The notes beneath the pieces were generated by a model. The model saw nothing but the letters and a program-made list of their open reading frames with translations, ran no database searches and had not been told where the DNA came from. From the human T2T-CHM13v2.0 reference genome, Homo sapiens, in NCBI RefSeq assembly GCF_009914755.1, contig NC_060936.1: 64,000 nucleotides of DNA; one strand, written 5' to 3'. The position numbers and the translations under genes are program-made. The stretch's first letter is position 1. Every line of letters begins with the position of its first letter. Positions 58,145 to 64,000 of the stretch are shown here, piece after piece.

Positions 58145-60936
58145 ACCTTAGACTAGCCAGTATTATATTGAAGGTGAGAGGGAGGGCTCAAGCACAGAAA
58201 CAGCATGTAATAGAAAATCTCACAGGCTTAAAAACTATGAATAAAGGAATCTTTTAGTGTGGTGACTTTTACATAAATTTTATTAGACACAAGTAGGCTA
58301 GAATCTTAATGAGATTTGAAAAAGGAGACCTCATTGCAAAGAAGCCCCAAATCTGACCAACAAGAACCTACGATTGTCCCTAAAGCAGTGCTTATAGAGG
58401 GCATATTCTCAATGCATACTTTAGTTGTGGCAGAGAAAGGCAGCAGAAAGAATAAAAGCTTTCCCCAACCCAAAAGGGAAGAGCCATGTGACTTAAAGGA
58501 CAATGGATCAGAGAGTTCCTCTCACAGATCAAGTCAAGAGCCCAGCTGAAGAATTTAGTCCAGTGCAAGAACAAGGGCCTTAAAATCATTGCATACCAGA
58601 GTTTTGTCATTTCTATAAAGCAGTTGTCTGCTCCTATTCTTCCTATTTTTAATAACAGGAGTTTATCACGGTTGTTCTTATGTTCCAGCTTCCCATTGCA
58701 TATTAGGTGTCAGGGACATGCAGAATTTGTATATTAGTGTATGAGTTATCAGATTGCAAAGGTCAAAGTTCAAACTTGTCAGAGAGGAAAGTGCAACACT
58801 CACAACAGCCTCAATTTTTGTGAATAGGATAAAGGAACATTGACTAGCTGATTTTGAAAAAGAAACCATATGCTGACATGTGGGGAGAAGGTACTTATGG
58901 AGTGGTCAGAGGAGCTGACTGAGTCAGACAGTTCACCAGTATTTGTTGCCTAATTTTTCTTTTAAAAGACAGACTCTTTGGGATTTTCACTGGCCATCTC
59001 TTCACCCACCTTACAGACTATGCTTCCCAGTTTTTCTTGCAGCTAAGCAGTACATTGTGTCTAAGTTTGGCCAATAGGATGTGAGAAGTTTTGTGAGTAC
59101 CTTCTGGATTTTCCCCTTTAAAACAAAGATGTTTGCCTTGGATTTCCTCTTCCTAGTTATTGCAGTTAGATGCTGGACATGGTGATCTCGCTTTGACAAA
59201 GTAGATGAGAACATCATAGAGGATAATGGAGCAATAGAATGAGTGAAACTAGGTCCCTGAATGACCTAGGAAGGCACAGCCACCCCAGCCAGCCTAGACT
59301 GTTCACTTCGGGATTGTTACCTTCGAGATGAATAAACTTAGGCTTCAAGTTTGTATCTTGGACTCCTTTATAGTAGCATCTTAGTCTACATCCTCACACA
59401 ATGTATAAATTTAACCTAATAAGCTCATGACTACAAAGGACAGTTAGGATTGAGAAATAAAACCAAATTTATAAAGGCATGTATCTGAAAGAAAATAGTA
59501 AACTTTTACAGAACAGGCATGATGAAAGACTATTTTTAGTGGAAGCAAAGAAAGTATTAGATAGTTTCTGGAAGACCTGCTGTGATGAATGTTTTCCACA
59601 CAGATGTTAGACTCAGGCACTTTATTTAATTTCAAAAGGTGCACCATATGTACCTCTGTCTCTATAAACGATCATATTTTATAATTATAAGACTCTTTAA
59701 ATCATCTGTCAGACATATCCAGATGCCAAATAAGTCAAAACCTTCAGTGTTAAAATCACTACTCAAAAATAATTTATACACTTGGGAAATGAAAATTAAT
59801 AATTCAGAAGGCATTTCTGAATGTGCTGTTATATGCCCAAGATGGTACAAAGTCTTCAGGACATGGACAAGGGTAAAACATTGTACCTACAATCAAAGAT
59901 GTTCTAACCTTATTGAAAGTACAATAATCCACTTTAAACTATTTTTAAGTTGCTATTTAAAGTTAATGCTTCTAGCTATAATTTAACTGAAAATTATTAG
60001 TGTTTACATGTAATATACCAGTGTGTTAAAAACTAAATAACTAAGACATTGGTCCTCTCATAAAAGAACTTATAATGTGAGATGTGGGTGGGAAAGAGAA
60101 AGAAAAGATACAAATATAGTCTCTCACACAGACACATACAGATACACACAATTACACACATAAATAATACAAGGCAGATGTCAAAAAAAAAGAACAAATA
60201 AAATGTATCAATTCCACAGATAGTCTGGTAAATTATAAGCACCAAGATTCCTAACCATTGTGAAATGGTTAGGAATAGAGAACATTTACTTACCCATCCA
60301 TTCAACTTATGTTGTTTAAAAGGCATTTATTATGTATCATGTATTATGTTCTAGGTACTAAGCTCCTGCCGCTGGCCACAAGAGTGTCCACTGAACAGCA
60401 GCTTAGTTCTGCAATGCAGCTATTCTGGCCAGGTGCTAGGGATGCCCAGGTCAGTGGGAATGCACAACCCTCCTCTCAAGGAGCTTACAGTTAAGAGAAG
60501 AGGTAGGGGTAAGAGAGAGAGCATTGCCCATCGAGAAGAGACAAAATAATGAACAAAGTCAAAGAAAATGACAAAGTTGAGGAAGGAAAGTAGCATAACA
60601 ATATTCTGACAAATTAGGGGAAATATAGAAATACAATAGAACTCAGTGTCAAGCATTAGGAATAATATATTGTAAATAAAACTATAAATAATATTTGAGA
60701 AACTCATAATCTAACGGGAGAGGTAGAATTGGAAATAAACTATTATAAAATACTAAGATAAGTACTTTAATCAAAGACATGCAGTATCATGGGAGCAGAG
60801 GAGTCAGATGGCTTCTGCTTTAAGAGAATCAGGGGAGGGTGAACAAATTGTTTACTAAGTGTTGTACTTATTTTTGACTGAATGAATGAATAATTCATAT
60901 TTATGGTCCTTCATTCTTCTCTGGTTGGCACCAAGA

Positions 60937-60941
<5 letters not shown>

Positions 60942-60981
<40 letters not shown>
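60942..60981. repeat. (GA)n microsatellite
   Basis: About 19-20 GA units. Confidence 0.95.
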
Positions 60982-60984
<3 letters not shown>

Positions 60985-62243
60985 TCAAGACGTGTATTTA
61001 AAGTGATAAAGCATACAATAAAAAAGGAGCCAATAACTAGAAAAGGGCATCTACATTTAAACTTTCAGAATGAATTTGTTTTTGTCAGCCCTATGTGCTA
61101 TCTTACTAACCAAAAATACCCAGATTAAAAATGTATTGTGCCCCAGATGTCAGATATCTTCTTATTCTCTAATTCCTATAGCAGCTTGCACTACATTTGT
61201 GTTGACTTTGGCTTACAATTCAATACTTCTTTGAGTGTTCCTGAAAGGATATATTCTTGCATAAGTAAAATTAATGATTAGTTTACTGATGATTCCATAA
61301 AAGACTCAGAGGAGGGCATTTACATCCTCTCCTCTACAGTAAAGAACCTAAAAATTAATATCAGTCTTTATGTATGTAAAATTTTCTTCCCAAACATTCT
61401 GCCATCATGAATTATATTGGCCCTTCCCTCACTCAGAGCCCAGCCTAGATGTTTCCCTCTCTCTGACCTTCTTTTCATTCTGTTATCCTTATTTCCTCTT
61501 GCCCCTTCTCAAGAGCCTGAAAGTTCGCTTCTATGTCTACTGCACAAGAGTTTAGCAATAGTATTTTTTTCTTGAGCATGTATTTGGGGTCTTACATTCC
61601 ACCTTCATAGACTAAACAAAGTATATTTTCTCAAGAAATGCTGATAATTTCTCTTAAGAGAATTCCATTGACCAAGATGAAATTTTTCGTCTTACTGCAT
61701 TATGAATCATCTCATGTTGTTTATTATTGTTTAACAGGGCCCATGTATTCTAATCAAAAAGTAGTAGACATTCTTTCACATACACAAGTTAAAAGTCCTG
61801 CTAGTACTATAAATGGATTAAAACAAACATAATAGAGGGTCCTCTGTTTCCTTCTGGCCTTTGATCTTTGTCTACTACCCCACATTGTGAACTTTGACCA
61901 AGTGAACAACCATAAGCCTTACAAAAACAGTTCTCAGAAAGTACTCTCCTTACATTTACTAAGATGGGATTGCACTAACAATTCCGAGCAAGAGGCATAA
62001 AAATGAGACTAAACTTCAGCTGAAAGTTTTGCAGGAATTAAAGACAAAAACTGTTAACCTGAGCCAAACCATAAGGACACATGCCCATCTCTTCTCCTTT
62101 CCCTATAAAACTCCAATCTGGTTTCAAATCAAGAAGCTACCTGATTTTTAGATGCTCCGGATATGCAACAACTGTATCCTATCTTTGAGTCACTTAAATT
62201 ACATTATTTTGATAGCACAGAAATACAGTGATAAGCTGCACCA

Positions 62244-62270
62244 AAAACAACAACAACAACAACAACAAAA
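62244..62270. repeat. (AAC)n microsatellite
   Basis: About 7 AAC units. Confidence 0.9.
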
Positions 62271-63049
62271 ATTATTTATCATGTGATCAGTGGCTTACAG
62301 AGAAAAGTAAAAAAAACCTCCTTTTCTTCATTTCTACAATAGCAGATGGCTGGTCTTGTGAACAAGTCATTTGCTTGAAATATCTGAAGATGAGAAAAGT
62401 TGTACCAATTAAGTCAACCTCCTTCTTTTCATGTGAACTGCAATCTTCTCTATGGCCTACTTCCTGGTGCCAGCACATCCTGTTCTTCCATCCCCATTCC
62501 AGACATTACTGGCTTATGGCAAATTTTGGCTGCCTCCTAACTGTCATGTAGAGTCTAAATTTCTAGCCCCGCACCCAAGGGCCCTCTCTAGAATCACAGG
62601 AGAGATCTTCAGAACTTATTTTTATTTTATTCTCATTCTGTTAACATCTTTTTCCTGTTTCCTGTGAAACTTTCTCATTTGTCTGCAAAGGATAACCACC
62701 AGTTTCTCTTGGATCTCTTTGCTTACTTGTCATCAAAGTGAACTCTATACCATAATCACATTGTGAATTGCACTTAACAAAGATTTCCAAACCCCTATCC
62801 TCATAAACATTAATGAGGATCGAGCGCTATGAGGTTTAGAGTAGATTTATCCCCAAGGAAATTTTAAGACAAGAGAAGGTAAGGCAGAAATCACATCCCA
62901 GACAAAGGAACAGCACCAGCTAACAGACCAGCACTTAAAAGCCTGCAGCACCCTGCTTAAGAAGTACTCCACTTAGACTTTCCCTCCAAATATTCATAGT
63001 GATAAAGGGAGGATAAAGCAGGAAAAGCAAGATGTAGTCATATTTTGGA

Positions 63050-63450
63050 AGAATCATTATACAGGATTGAGACATTTTCTTATAATTGAATACATGATGA
63101 TAAACCATGAATGTTTTGAAAAGTGGGTAATAAAATCAGGATCCTCATTTGAGAAGATTAATCTCGATGTCATGTACAGAAATGATTGGAAGAGAAAGGT
63201 TCAAGAAGAAAGCAGACCAATTAGAAGCTGTTGAAATTTTAAAAAGGAAAAAACCAAAGGAACATAAAAAATGTAAGACCTTCAAAAGTTGACAACTTTG
63301 ATGTTGAAAGAAAAGGAGAAATGGAATCAAAGATGATTCTGGATGTCGATCCTTAATAACAGAGAGTACGTCAGTGCTAGAGACAGTGATGAAGGAGGAT
63401 GGGGGTAAAAGGCAATATATGATGAAATCATGGGCACTCATACTGGAATC
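63050..63450 (+). mobile_element. L2 fragment
   Basis: GAAAGCAGACCAATTAGAAGCTGTTG and GGAATCAAAGATGATTCTGGATG are L2 motifs. Confidence 0.6.
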
Positions 63451-64000
63451 TGAGACTATGGAGAAAAAGTGACTTTTGTATTTTTTCTGTAAACTGGCCT
63501 TTCTCCAGAGCCCCATCCATTCTTGGGAATAATTACATGTGCAAAACAGTTTAAAAATTAGTTTGAATCCAGTATCTCTTGGATAAAATATGTTCACATG
63601 ATTAATCCCTGCTTCTGGGAGAGGAGTATGGCTTACTGCCTTTATGGCAAGAAAGAGGAAACACTGACTCCTCTGATTCTTATGGTGTCTTGCTCTTACT
63701 CCTAGGTGGTTCAACAGTGCCCTTTGTCCTCCTGGATTCTGATTGCTTTGCTCTCCTCTGATGCTCAAAGCCTATGACTAACACATCTCAAAGGCCATGG
63801 CCTGGCACAAACACTGCTGCTTGTGAAATTCATATCTCACTACCTTCACCACAAATCTTGCTGTAGAAACCTCAGAGGTCTACCTGCAACCCTTATTTGG
63901 CCCTGGTTGGGGTGCTCCTCCCTTCAATCCTTATTTGGGAATCACTTTATTTCATCAATAGTGACCTTCTTCTGGCAAGATCCTTAGGGAACCAAAGGTG

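Larger units (their letters stand above)
56570..59400. mobile_element. Degenerate MLT1 LTR-internal-LTR structure (LTR-like ~56570-57095 and ~58950-59400), interrupted by MLT2A1
   Basis: Both ends have CTTCC..G...TCTTGCAGCTA/CTAGCAG..ATGTG..TAAGTTT.G.C.AA-type MLT1 motifs. The intervening sequence has MaLR-internal-like TGTCATTGGCTTAACAATTAGGTGG. Confidence 0.5.

Noticed and set aside
63145-63768. 207-aa minus-strand ORF
   Set aside because: About half overlaps an L2 fragment in antisense; low-complexity F/L/S composition and no domain.

Overview
AT-rich, repeat-dense primate DNA, almost certainly human, because it carries AluY and an L1 with L1HS-type residues. I find no intact protein-coding gene. 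Two processed pseudogenes are clear. The first is an old, ancestral-type cytochrome c (CYCS) retrocopy at ~1667-5010 (+), hit independently by two 5'-inverted (twin-primed) L1s. The second is a full-length MKRN1 retrocopy at ~34410-36246 (-) with TSDs, poly(A) and a CpG-rich 5' end. From memory, unverified, this pairing fits CYCSP30/MKRN9P on 12q21.32. Most of the rest is L1, Alu, MaLR/ERVL LTRs, MIR, L2 and DNA-transposon relics. The most interesting unexplained signal is a set of unique-sequence, splice-site-flanked segments, all on the minus strand (~45.2 kb down to ~20.2 kb). Their disabled translations carry EGF-like cysteine patterns, SEA-like segments and many N-glycosylation sequons. 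They are a candidate unitary pseudogene of a multi-SEA/EGF mucin-like membrane protein; this is inference and needs a homology search. Other notable retrotransposition structures are five 5'-inverted L1s (three breaking within ~60 nt of the same ORF2 motif), an apparent ancient L1 3' transduction of a Tigger1 fragment, and two target sites that were re-used, each leaving three TSD copies.
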